Shown: positions 12,356-24,399 of the stretch, in pieces
Layout of the letters: every line of letters starts with the position of its first letter
Position numbering within the stretch: position 1 is the stretch's first letter
Assembly (NCBI GenBank): GCA_028826165.1
Contig: JAPDFW010000025.1
Coordinates: 6,521 to 70,520, forward strand
Origin: Anaeramoeba ignava BMAN
Lineage: Eukaryota; Protista; Anaeramoebae
Direction of reading: 5' to 3'
Length of the DNA stretch: 64,000 bases
Notes under the pieces: generated by a model
Told to the model about the DNA's origin: nothing
Seen by the model: only the letters and a program-made list of their open reading frames with translations
Databases searched by the model: none
Program-made: the position numbers and the translations under genes

Positions 12356-14139
12356 TTAATTTATTTGCCTTCTCTGCATATCAATTATATTAATAAGTTT
12401 TCTTAAAGAACGGCAAATCAAATCATAAACTTTCCTCAATATCAAAGGAGCAAACCTTGAATTTAAAAAGGAATTTATCTTGATATTCATTGAATTAACA
12501 AACATTCTTGAATGAGTTGAAGTATAATATCTTAAAGCCAAAAAATAAAGATAAAAAAAGGTAATCAAAATATGATTCAAATTCAAACTAAAAACACCTC
12601 GAAATAAATAGAAAAATATTGTGATTTCATTTGCTGCTAACATTATGCTTATTTGAGGATATTTTGATGAAATCCATGTGAAAATTCGTTCCACTTTTTG
12701 ATAAATTGTTGGAACTAAAAGATTAAGATAATATTGTAAAGCTTTTGTAATAGAAATGAATGATATTAAAAATAATGATATCACAAATGGAAGTATTTGC
12801 GTTTTATAAAGCATTACAACCACTAATAAATATTGCATATCCACATTATACATCATTTTTGTAAATTGTTCCCCTGATTTTGGGATCTATTTCAATTATT
12901 TTATTTCAATTATTTTATTTCAATTATTTTATTTCAATTATTTCAATTTAAATATTATATTTTAATTATTTCAATTATTTTAATTATTTTATTTATTTTT
13001 ATTTAAATATTTTAATTTAAATATTTTAATTATTTTAATTATTTATTCTTCTTGGAACATACTCCAAAACTCCAATATAATGAGATTCCAAAATTTAATA
13101 TTGATCCTATATATATTCTTTTAAAATTGGGATGGAAAATTGAGGTTATAGCTAATATAATCACAGTGATATTTGATAGTAACCATAAAGGATATAAAGA
13201 GAAGAGTAAATTTTTAATAATTGTTTTCCTGTCTTGAAATTGATTTTGGTTTTGATTTTGGTTTTGATTTTGGTTTTGGTTTTCATTATTTTGATTTTGA
13301 TTTTGATTTTGATTTTGATTTTGATTTTGATTTTGATTTTGATTTTGGTTTTGGTTTTGATTTTGGTTTTGGTTTTGATTTTGGTTTTGATTTTTTGGTT
13401 CTTCAATTTTATGTTTTGGATCCTATTAAATTTGAATTAAATTTATTTGAATTAAATTTATTTGAATTAAATTTATTTAGATTAAAATTATTTGAATTAA
13501 ATTTATTTGAATTAAATTTATTTGAATTAGGTTTATTTAGATTAAATTTATTTGGATTAAATTTATTTAAATTAAAATTATTTGAATTAAATTTATTTGA
13601 ATTAAATTTATTTAGATTAAATTTATTTGGATTAAATTTATTTGGATTAAATTTATTTGAATTAAAATTATTTGGATTAATTTTATTTGGATTAAATTTA
13701 TTTGAATTAAATTTATTTGGATTAAATTTATTTAAATTAAATTTATTGAATTAAATTTATTTGAATTAAAATTATTTGAATTAAATTTATTTGGATTAAA
13801 TTTATTTGAATTAAAAATTATTTGAATTAAATTTATTTGAATTAAAAATTATTTGAATTAAATTTATTTGAATTAAAATTTATTTGAATTAAATTTATTT
13901 GGATTAAAATTATTTGAATTAAATTTATTTGAATTAATTTTATTTGAATTAAAATTATTTGAATTAAATTTATTTGAATTGAATTAAAATAATTTTTTTA
14001 CAACATGAGTTTGATAGTAAATATGCTTTTTCTTTTCAATAACTTTTTCTTTATCTATTCCATCAGGAATATATAAATTTAATTCAATTAATTTCCATTT
14101 TTCATCTTCATCAAAATTATAAGTATTAAACTTATCCAT
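12356..14139 (-). CDS. TMEM33: TMEM33/Pom33 (UPF0121) family ER/nuclear-pore membrane protein; exons 14139-14002, 13422-13063, 12886-12356 (~342 aa)
   Basis: Spliced product MDKFNTYNFDEDEKWKLIELNLYIP...IPKSGEQFTKMMYNVDMQYL...AANEI...YLYFLALRYYTSTHSR. The QYL and FLxLRY..S motifs are typical of TMEM33, and all introns are GT-AG and preserve the frame. Confidence 0.75.
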
Positions 14140-14753
14140 TTTATTATTATTTCTTTAAAAAGAAAGGAAAAAAATGAATTTGAAAAAAATGAAAAAAAAA
14201 ATTTAATTTCTTTTTAATTTTTTTTTTAATTTCAAAACATTCAAAAAAAAAGAAAAAAATAAGACAATCCAAAAAAAAAATTTTTTTCCGTTTTTTCCAA
14301 TTCAAATTCCAATTCAAATTGAGTTTAATTTTGATTTTGATTTTGATTTTGATTTTAATTTTAATTTTGATTTTAATTTTAATTTTAATTTTAATTTTGA
14401 TTTTGATTTTAATTTTGATTTTGATTTTGATTTTGATTTTGATTTTGATTTTGATTTTTTAATTTTCATTCTTAATTGATTTGGTTTTCATTTGGAATTT
14501 CATTAATATTTTGGTTTTCATTTGGAATTTCATTAATATTTTGGTTTTCATTTTGATTTTGATTTTGATTTTGATTTTGATTTTAATTTTAATTTTAAAT
14601 TTGATTTTAAATTTGATTTTAAATTTGATTTTTATTTTGATTTTAATTTTAATTTTGATTTTAATTTTAAATTTGATTTTGATTTTGATTTTAATTTTAA
14701 TTTTGATTTTAATTTTGATTTTGATTTTGATTTTGATTTTTTAATTTTCATTC

Positions 14754-17024
14754 TTAATTGATTTGGTTTTCATTTGGAATTTCATTAATATTTTGATTTT
14801 GATTTTCGTTTTGAGTTTGATTTTGAATTTGAATTTGATTATCTTTTTCTTTTTCATGTTTATCCTTATCCTTATCTTCATCATCATCATCATTTTCTGG
14901 ATCTGAATCTGTTTTTTCATCTTTTTTGATTAAAGGTTCAGGGAAAAAATCATCACTTAAACTTGTTGAGAAATAATTTGGAGTTAATTTTTCCTTTAAA
15001 CCATTTCCAAAATTCAACATTCCAATCAAAGAAATAACTAGTAATAAAGTTCTAACAAATAAAGAAATTGCAATCATAACTTCTATTGTAATTATTGGTT
15101 TTTCTTTGTATTTTTTTCTTTCATCAGTATTAAAGAGAATTAGTTTTGCAATTAAATAAATTGGTTCAAGCAGTCCAAGAAAGAAGAATACTAAAATTAA
15201 TTTTTTAACCTCTTTTTTATACTAATTTTTTTTCCGATTTGATTTCAATTATAATTTTTATTTTGATTTTAATTTTAATTTTAATTTTAATTTTAATTTT
15301 AATTTTAATTTTAATTTTGATTTCAATTATGATTTTGATTTTAATTTTAATATTGATTATAATTTTAATTTTGATTTTAATTTTAATTTTGATTTTAATT
15401 TTAATTTTAATTTTGATTTTGATTTTGATTTTGATTTTAATTTCAATTTTAATTTTAATTTTAATTTTGATTTTAATTTTAATTTTGATTTTAATTTTAA
15501 TTTTGATTATAATTTTAATTTTAATTTTAATTTTAATTTTAATTTTAATTTTAATTTTAATTTTAATTTTAATTTTAATTTTAATTTTAATTTTAATTTT
15601 AATTTTAATTTTAATTTTGATTTCAATTAAAGTATTTACAGCATGAAATCCTAAAAAAAACCAAAAAATTGTTATAATTAATCCAACAATATCAAGATAT
15701 CTTTCATAATCTGCTTCTCCAAATAAAAAATAAAGTGCGCCTATTAAAAGAGTGATATTAACAAGTAAATCTACTCCAATCAAATTCAGGAAAAGATTCC
15801 AATATTTATACAACCCTTTTTTATTCAAATTCAAATTTTAAATCAAATTTTATATTTAATATTATATTTAATATTATATTTAATATTATATTTAATTTTA
15901 TATTTAATATTATATTTAATATTATATTTAATATTATATTTAATATTATATTTAATATTATATTCAAATTTTATATTTAATATTATATTCAAATTTTATA
16001 TTTAATATTATATTTAATTTAAATTCAAATTTTATATTTAATTTTATATTCAAATTTTATATTTAATATTATATTTAATTTTAAATTCAAATTTTATATT
16101 TAATTTTTAAATTCAAATTTTATATTTAATATTATATTCAAATTTTATATTTAATATTATATCAAATTTTATATTTAATATTATATCAAATTTTATATTT
16201 AATATTATATTTAATTTTTATATCAAATTTTATATTTAATATTATATTTAATTTTAACTCAAATTTTTATATTTAATTTTTATATTTAATTTTTATATTT
16301 AATTTTAATTCAAATTTTATATTCAAATATTATATTTAATATTATATTTAATTTTATATCAAATTTTATATTTAATTTTATATTTAATTTTATATTTAAT
16401 TTTATATTTAATATTATATTTAATATTATTTTTAATATTATATTTAATATTATATTTATTTTTATATTTAATTTTATATTTAATTTTAATTCAAATTTTA
16501 TATTTAATATTATATTAAATTTTATATTTAATTTTATATTTATTTTAAATTCTAATTTTATATCAAATTTTATATTAAATCCAATTACTTTGTATTGAAA
16601 TAGAAGCACCAGCTTTATTCCAAAAATTCCATTGAAAATTATGATAAAGAATTTTCAAAATAAAAAAATAATAAATAAAATAAGCACAATTAACAATTAA
16701 AAGAACATATAAACGAGCATTTTTTTCTCCAGTTGCAAATTCATAAATTGAATAAAAAACAAGCAAACAAATTGCAATTTGAAAAGAAAATAACTGGAAA
16801 ATATTTTCTTGATAAATTATAATAAAAGCAAAAATTGCTCCAAAAAAAACAGATAAAAAAAATAGTATCGAATAAAATTTTATATAATTTGAATCAATTT
16901 CATCTTTATTTGAATATTCAACAATCCCAAATATTTCAATTGCTATAAGAAATAACCCATGAAACAATGTTGTAAATATAAACAATTTCGAAGATGGATT
17001 TAATTTGCGAAACCAAGAAACCAT
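14754..17024 (-). CDS. Multi-pass membrane protein resembling the UPF0658 Golgi membrane family; exons 17024-16589, 15815-15640, 15221-14754
   Basis: Joins ORFs 16575..17024, part of 15217..15834 and 14754..15077 in frame. Motifs ENIFQL, FQWNFWNKAGA, LYKYW..F..L...D and NFGNGLKEKL. Confidence 0.65.
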
Positions 17025-17127
17025 TTTTTTAAATAAGATTAAAGAAAAAAAAATGAATTCTTAAATTTTTGAAAAATTTTTTTCTTTTTATTTTTAATTT
17101 TTTTTTTTTCATTTTTTTATTTACAAA
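17025..17127. promoter_or_regulatory. 103-bp bidirectional promoter region with TTCATTTT motifs on both strands
   Basis: Head-to-head ATGs at 17024 (-) and 17128 (+), with AAAATGAA and TTCATTTT between them. Confidence 0.5.
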
Positions 17128-19390
17128 ATGGATTCTTTTCGTCACAAAAAAAGATCAAAAAACCAAAATAAACAAGAAATAACGAATGAAACTGATTTAA
17201 CGAAAACTAACCAAAAAAAATACAATCAAGATTTTTTATATTCAAATGAAATTTCAAATGAAATTTCAAAAGAAAATTTAAGTTATGATACAATTGATTT
17301 TTACTCAAAAGATTTGAAGAAAACTCCAGGACAATTTGCACGTTCGAGACAGCCATCGAAAAAGACAACACAAACAAACAAAACTTTCCAATCTCAATAT
17401 TTATCAAAACAGGATCCAAAAAACATCCAATCAAGCCAACGCACTTTGTCACCACAAAACCAATTTCAAGATCAAGAATTCAACAAAATTCAACAGGAAT
17501 ATTCACCGCAAATCAATTCCCCCAAAACATCATTGGATGACCATCAATCAATTCAGGATCCGTTTCCGAAATTTTTGGATCTTTTAAATAATTTCCAGAA
17601 TCTCATCCAAAATCAAAATTTTTTGGATCAAATAAATATTTTATATCAACAAGTAATTGACACAAAAACCCAACCAAACTCAAAACAGAATCTTGTTTGC
17701 ACGCAAATCCAACAAACATATGAACTAATTCAAATGCTCATTTCAGAAAAAATGCTTCAAATTGATGAGAAAAAAGAAATACAGTCTTTAAATAATACTG
17801 TCAAAATTTTAGTTGAAAAATATCAATCAGAAAAACAGAATATTTCCAAGAATTTTACTACAAGAAGAAATTATTGCGCAAATTATGCAAAAAAGTCTTT
17901 TATTGAAGAGAATCACTTTAATAATTGAATGGGTTGAAAAATTACCAAAAGAAAAAACTTTTTTAAATGAAAAGAAATTCCCTCAACTTGATCTAATTTT
18001 CATGGGATTGCGATCTCAATCAAATGCTGATCCAGATCAAGAAAAGCAGCTTTTTGAGTTTTACAAATTGATATGGAATTTATTAAGAAATGGAAAATTA
18101 GAAGAAGCAAATGAATTATGTGAAAATAACGGTTTATTTATATTTCAAGCAAGTTTCCTTAAAAAATACAATGAATTTCGATCATTTAAAAATCAAAATC
18201 AAAATCAAAAAAATCAAAAAAATCAAAAAAATTCTCTTCTTGATTTAACCCGCAAATTATGGCTTAAATCATGCTATTATTATTCAAGATTCCCCCAAAA
18301 TAAATACCAAAGCGCTCTTTATTCTTTATTCACTCAAAATTTTCAATCAGCTTTCCAAGTTTGTAATGATTGGCAAGATTGCATTTGGGTTCATTTTGTC
18401 ACCAAATTATTTTCCATTATAAATCAACAACTAAATCATTTTTTTGAATTGATTCAGAAAAACAAGAAAGAAAATCATCAAGAATCTCTATTTGAAAGAT
18501 TTGAAATTTCGGGATTAAAAATATTGGACTCAAAGTTAAATCAAAAACAAGAACAAATTTTTTCAGCAAAATTCCAAAATTTCGAACCAAAAAACACATA
18601 CCAGAAAATTCAACATATGATTATAAAGGGAGATCTTGATCAATTATATCATAAAATATCAAAATGGATCGCAGATCCAGATTATTATTTTGAACCCAAT
18701 TTTTGGTTTTCAATCCCAAAAGAAATTGAGGATCAAAATCTTATTCCTTTTCAACAAAGAAAACCTGAATATCAACCGCTTTTCAGAATATCAGGCTTCC
18801 AAAAATCAGCTCATCAATACGAAGATTTTCTAATAACTTGTTTCGATCCAAAAAACAAATTACAAAAAGAAAAAATTCCCTTTTTTGAAAAACCTTTTGA
18901 AGAATTGAAAATTGCAATTTTACAAAATAATTTCCAAAAAGCATATCAAATTTATCATTTCATGCAACAAAATAAACAACATTTAAATGATTCAAATGAA
19001 GAAATTGGAATCTGGCAAATGCTTATTGAAGCTATGCTTGAATTTGGCCAATTAGTTTCTTTTTTACAAGAAATCATTAAAAAAGATCCAAATCAAAAAG
19101 AAATGGAAAAATTAGAAGAAAAATCAAATTATACTTTGAGCTTTTTTTACAAGATATTCCAATTTGAGGATTTTTGGATTTCTCCAGAAATGAATGAAGA
19201 AAGATTTGATTTAAAACAGAAAATATTTCCTTTATCAATTATTTTGATTCAAATTCTGTATTTATTTTTGAATAAATCAGAAGATTCATTCCAACTTGTC
19301 AATTTAGTTTGTGATGAAAAATACGAATTATATGTTTATTTTGATTCGATATCATTAGATTATTTTTTAAAGAACTTAGCTGAATTTTAG
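17128..19390 (+). CDS. NUP107: Nucleoporin Nup107/Nup84-like protein with an apparent 1-nt frameshift near 17850
   Basis: DPD...IWNLLRNGKLEEANELC...RKLWLKSC...KYQSALYS...VCNDWQDCIW matches Nup84/107 conserved blocks. Two overlapping ORFs are offset by +1. Confidence 0.7.
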
Positions 19391-19457
19391 AAAGAATTTT
19401 TATTATTTTTATTATTTTTTTCTTCATCAAAAAAAAAAACAAAATTTTTCAATAAAT

Positions 19458-22400
19458 TTAAAAATCTTTCATTCTTCCAGTATTTAAATTTGCCAGTTCA
19501 CTTAATAACATTGCTTCAAATGTTTCATAGTCATTGAATTCAGGACAATCTACATTATTGAAACAAGTATGCGCATTGATTTGGTCTTGAGGAGAATAAA
19601 AAATGAAAATCCTCTTCTTAAAACCGCCAATAGGAATACTTGCTAATCCAGTGACATATCTTAAGAATCGCCTCAAGTTATTTGGATTCTTGTCGTTTTC
19701 TTTCAGAAATCTGACAAAGAAATCCTTTGTTTTGTGTTGTGGTTTCCAATCCTTGAATTCAATCTCATTCAAAACGGAAGTTGAATCAATTTGGAAATTT
19801 CCGCAAATCAAAAGGTTTAATTCTGAAGGTGTAAATGAGTCCAAATTTTGTTGGATGCATTTCAAAGTTGAGTTATCATCCGATATTTCGTTTTTTCGGA
19901 TATAATTTGAGATTTCGAATCCTTCGCGAATTTTTTCAAGTGCAGATCGACAGTTGTCAATCAGTATTTTTCGACACGAAGAAACAATGAATTCGCGTCG
20001 GTTATTGTTTGTCACAAGAATATCTTCACCGTTCTCGTTCTGGAATTCAAACCCAATAACAGAGGCGTCAGGCATCAAAAGAACTGTATGATATTGGTTT
20101 GCCAGTTCACCATCAACATGTCCAAGTTCGCTTAACCAATCTTCAAGTGATCTTTCTTCGTTCTCCTTTTTGAGAAGAAAAGCAAAAAAAATTGGGGGCA
20201 TAGGTAAATTGATCGGTTTTTGTAGAATCATTGATTTCAAAATGGCTTTTCCAATCACAAAATATGTTTGAGCTTTGGTTCGATCAAGTGGATCTTCAAC
20301 TGGCAAATAACAATCAGATTTTTCATCATTTTTGCGGAATAGTTTCTGGTCTGGATGGAAAGCAAAGTCGAAAAACATGCTGAATAAATCCTTAGTCAAA
20401 CCGCCTGCATCAATTGCGGATTCCTGATCAAAAGTGGATCTAAATGGGGAGAACAAATTTTCTTGGTCTATCCATTGATTAAAGGCTTGCACGCTTTCAT
20501 AGAACATGTTATTCCGATTCAGGTACAGCTTCTGTTCGTTGCGATTGCGTGTGCTTTGGGATAGAAGGGTTTTCATGGTTGAGATTCTTTTATCACTTTC
20601 CGAAATCATTTCTTGAAGACGATTCGGTGTGATTGTGAAAAAAGAGTGCAGAAGTGTTTCTTTTGCTGAGAGTCTCTTTTTCGGATCTGTATTTAGAAGT
20701 CGATTGAGAAGATTTTCGAGAGTTGGATTTGTGAATTTATCTGGGAATTCCAGTTTTTCTTTTGGAGAAACTTGTGGTTTTTTTTGAAACAAAATATTCT
20801 TTGTTTTTTCGGTTATGAAAATTGCATCATAAATAACAACCCCAAAGGAGTACATATCAGACTCTGTGTTTGATGGGTTTCCTTGGAGAACCTCAGGAGC
20901 AATATATCGCTCGTGGATTCTCTTCTGTTGTTCCGAGAAACCTGAATTGGTTGATTTGAAGCGAATATCCTCTGCAAATCCTATTAATTTTACAATTTGT
21001 TGATTTTCGAAGTTGATCAAAATATTGAATAGATTTAAGTTTCTGTGATAGATGCCTTCAGAGTGGAGATAATTCAATCCCATGAGTATTTGTGTAAATA
21101 TTGCAATTAACTGGAAACATCTACTTATATAAGTGCTTGTGGTCGGGGATTTTTTTTCAGAAAGAAGAAATTGGTATAAATTTCCTTTGTTGCAAAAAGG
21201 TAAAACTAAATGGATATATTGATTTTCCTGAAAAAACATTTTTGCATGAATAATATTTGGGTGATCATACACAACAAGAATTGGCACCTCGCGATGAAGA
21301 TGCTCAATTTCAATTAATGGGATTGCCTTCACTATCAACCATGATCCATCTCCTTTTTTCTTTTGAGCCTTAAACACTCGAATTTTTAAACTTGAATCCC
21401 CATCCTTTTCAATATTTTCATTTTCATTTTCATTTAAATAATTTTCGTTTCCAATTTCTTCAACGTTCTCAAAGTTTTTTTCCATACTTATTCCTTTTTC
21501 TAATAAATACGTCCATAAAAACGTCTTGTGATAACCCTTTTCTGAAAGCATTTCGGGATAAAATTGGTGCTTGATTTTGTTGATTGCTTTTTCTTTCTTT
21601 TGCATTTCAAGCTTGGTATTTTTATGTTGTTTTTTCAATATTGATAACCGATTTGAATCTGATTCTTCCAAATTCTCGAAATGCTTTTCCTTTTTGATTT
21701 TCAGATTCAATTTTTCCACTTTAATTTTTTTCTTTTCCTTTTCAAGCTGAACAATTTCCGAGTTGATTCTCTCCATTTCTATTTTTTTCTCGGTAAATAG
21801 CCTTGCCTTTTGGCTCAGCATTTTGATCCATTTGTTTGTGTTTTGAGATTTTTTGAGGGATTTGCGGAAATCAACGATAAAATATCTTAGCATCCACATC
21901 AAATTATAAACAACTTCAAAATATATCCCAATCTGTATTTTGTTCTTGAAATTGATCATTTTCAAATAGCTTTCCTTGAGTTGTTTGTTTGTTTCTTGCC
22001 AATCATTGATATTTCCTGTTGATATTTTTTTTGCAGATTCTTCCTGCAAAGTTGAATATCCTTCCACTATTTTTTTGCATTCAGAACCATAAATGGTGCT
22101 GAAACAACTAAACACTTCAAATGCATTGCATATTTCTCTTGTGTTTATTGGCGTTTTCTTTGATATTTCCGCCAATTTTTTGTTGATTTCCTTTTGTTTA
22201 TGATCAATAGCTATTTTTGTTCTTATTGAAATTAGTCTTGTTTTTTCAAACACAATTTTCATTTCTTCCAACAAAATTTTTTCTAGCTCTTTTAATTGAG
22301 TCTTCTTTTCCATTTGCTTTGATATTAAATTCGCATTTTCTGCGACTTCTTTTTGCAAATCTATTATTAATCCATTTCTTTTTTGGATCAAATCAGAAAA

Positions 22401-24344
22401 ATTTTCCTTTTTCTCTTTGATTTGCTCCAAAATTTGTTTGTTAATTTCTTCAATTTGCTTGAGTTTGTTTTTTGCTGATTTTATTTCAATTTCTTTTTGT
22501 GGAATATTCTCGATAATCCCCATTACTTTTTTGATTTGAGTTGAAAATGCTGATTCTTCATTTTGAAATGTTGCCAAATAAAGAATGTATTTATTTTCAT
22601 TTTGTTCCTTTTTGGTTTGATATTTCATCATTTCTTCTTTTTTGATTAGATAATTTTTGTATTTATTTTCAAGGAAATTTAAAGGATCTTTTTTCTACAT
22701 AATTTTAAACACACACTTATTTTTTTTGTATTAAATAAATCTATAAGAAATATTTTTTTTACTTCCTAAATTAAATTTTAGATTTTTATATTTAAATTTT
22801 ATATTTAAATTTTATTATTTACTGCATTTTTCTTGAAATTTGCTCCATTTGCAACTAATAATTTAGCAATTTCGAAATGATTATATTTACATGCTAGAAA
22901 AAATGGAGTTTCTTTTTTCTAATTGAAGGAAAATGATAAAAAATAAAAGAAGAACAAAATTTTTATTTTTATTTTACTTTCTAAAAAAAAAAGGATAAAT
23001 TATTTTAATTGGATTGAATTGTTTTTTTTTTTACATTTCGTAAATTCACAGAAGCTCCTCTATCGATTAAATATTGAATTTCTATGTATGATTGTCTTAT
23101 AACAAAATCATGTAGAGGAGTATTTCCCTTTTAAATTTAAACAAAAAGATTTTTAGAAAAATTATTCATTTGATAAAGTTTTTTAAAACTCAATTTACTT
23201 CCTAAAAAAAAGTGTTAAAAAAAAATTGAAAAAAACAATTTGGATAATTTTTGATTTACATTCTAAATTCCACAAAGAATAAAATGAATTCAAATTAAAA
23301 TTTCTTTTCATTTTATTATTTACATCCATAATATTTGGATCAACTAAATTTGAATCAAGAATATTTTTGATTTGTAAACAAGTATTTGCATAATGAAGTG
23401 AGATTTTTCCCTAAATTGATTAAGAAAATTAGCAAAAGAGAAGTATTTCAAATTTAAAAATTACCCACTTTTATTTTGTTTATGAATTATTTAAAAAAAA
23501 AATGAATAAAATTGTTTTGAAAAAATCAATAATTTACAATCTAAAAAAAATTTGGTTAAAATGAATAAAAAAAATAAACAGAATTTTTAAAATGAATTAA
23601 TTATGAACATCTTTAATAGATGTATCTGCACCATTTTTGAGCAATAAAATTACAACTTCATCTGTTGATTTTTCTTTTAAAGCCATATGAAGTGGAGTCA
23701 TTAACTAAATTGAATTAAAAAAGGATATATTTTGTTTGATTTTCTGAATGAGAAGAATATAATTTTTACAAACTTTTTTGGGATAAGAATAAGTAATTAG
23801 AAACATTTTGAATTTTCTATGTATATTTTTTTTTGATTTACTTTCTAAAAAAAAGTCAAATAAATAAAAGGGTTTTTTTTTCATAGAAAATTTTAAATTA
23901 ACATTTTGTATATTTAAATCAGGTTTTCTAGAAATGAGAGCTTGAATAAACTGTATAGGAGCTTTTAAACTTAAAGCTGCATGTAAAGGTGTAATTTTCT
24001 TATTAAAAGAAAAGGAAGTTATTAAATTTTTCTAATCAAAAAAAAAATTATAAGAAATTACTTTCTAAAAATTACAATTATAAGAAACTACACTTTTTTT
24101 TTTATTATATTTTTTTTTACTGACTAAATTTTAGTGATTAATTAAATGTAAAAAAAAAAAAAACTAAAATTATTTTACATTTTGAATATTTATATTTTGG
24201 TTATTTATTATTTTGATTGCTTCTTCAAATTGTCTATTTTTAATAAATCTGAATAAATCTTTAATCTACAAACACAAAATTAAATAAAACACAAAATAAA
24301 TAAAACACAAAATAAAACAAATTTTTTACATTTTTGTTTGACAT
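19458..24344 (-). CDS. Ankyrin repeats + coiled coil + pseudokinase + HECT E3 ubiquitin ligase (~1278 aa). Exons 24344-24330, 24265-24179, ten 3-nt microexons, ankyrin exons 23998-23903, 23704-23609, 23410-23324, 23127-23035, 22918-22823, and terminal exon 22694-19458
   Basis: Upstream phase-0 GT-AG exons encode TPLH-type ankyrin repeats and splice in frame into the 1057-aa ORF. That ORF has a kinase fold (HPNI, HRN, YIAPE, DMYSFG) and HECT motifs (AIDAGGL..DLF, FLRYVTG, AHTCFN). Confidence 0.88.
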
Positions 24345-24399
24345 TTTTTAAAAAAAGAAAAAAGAAAGAAAAAAAATGAAATCGGAAAAAATTTTTTCA

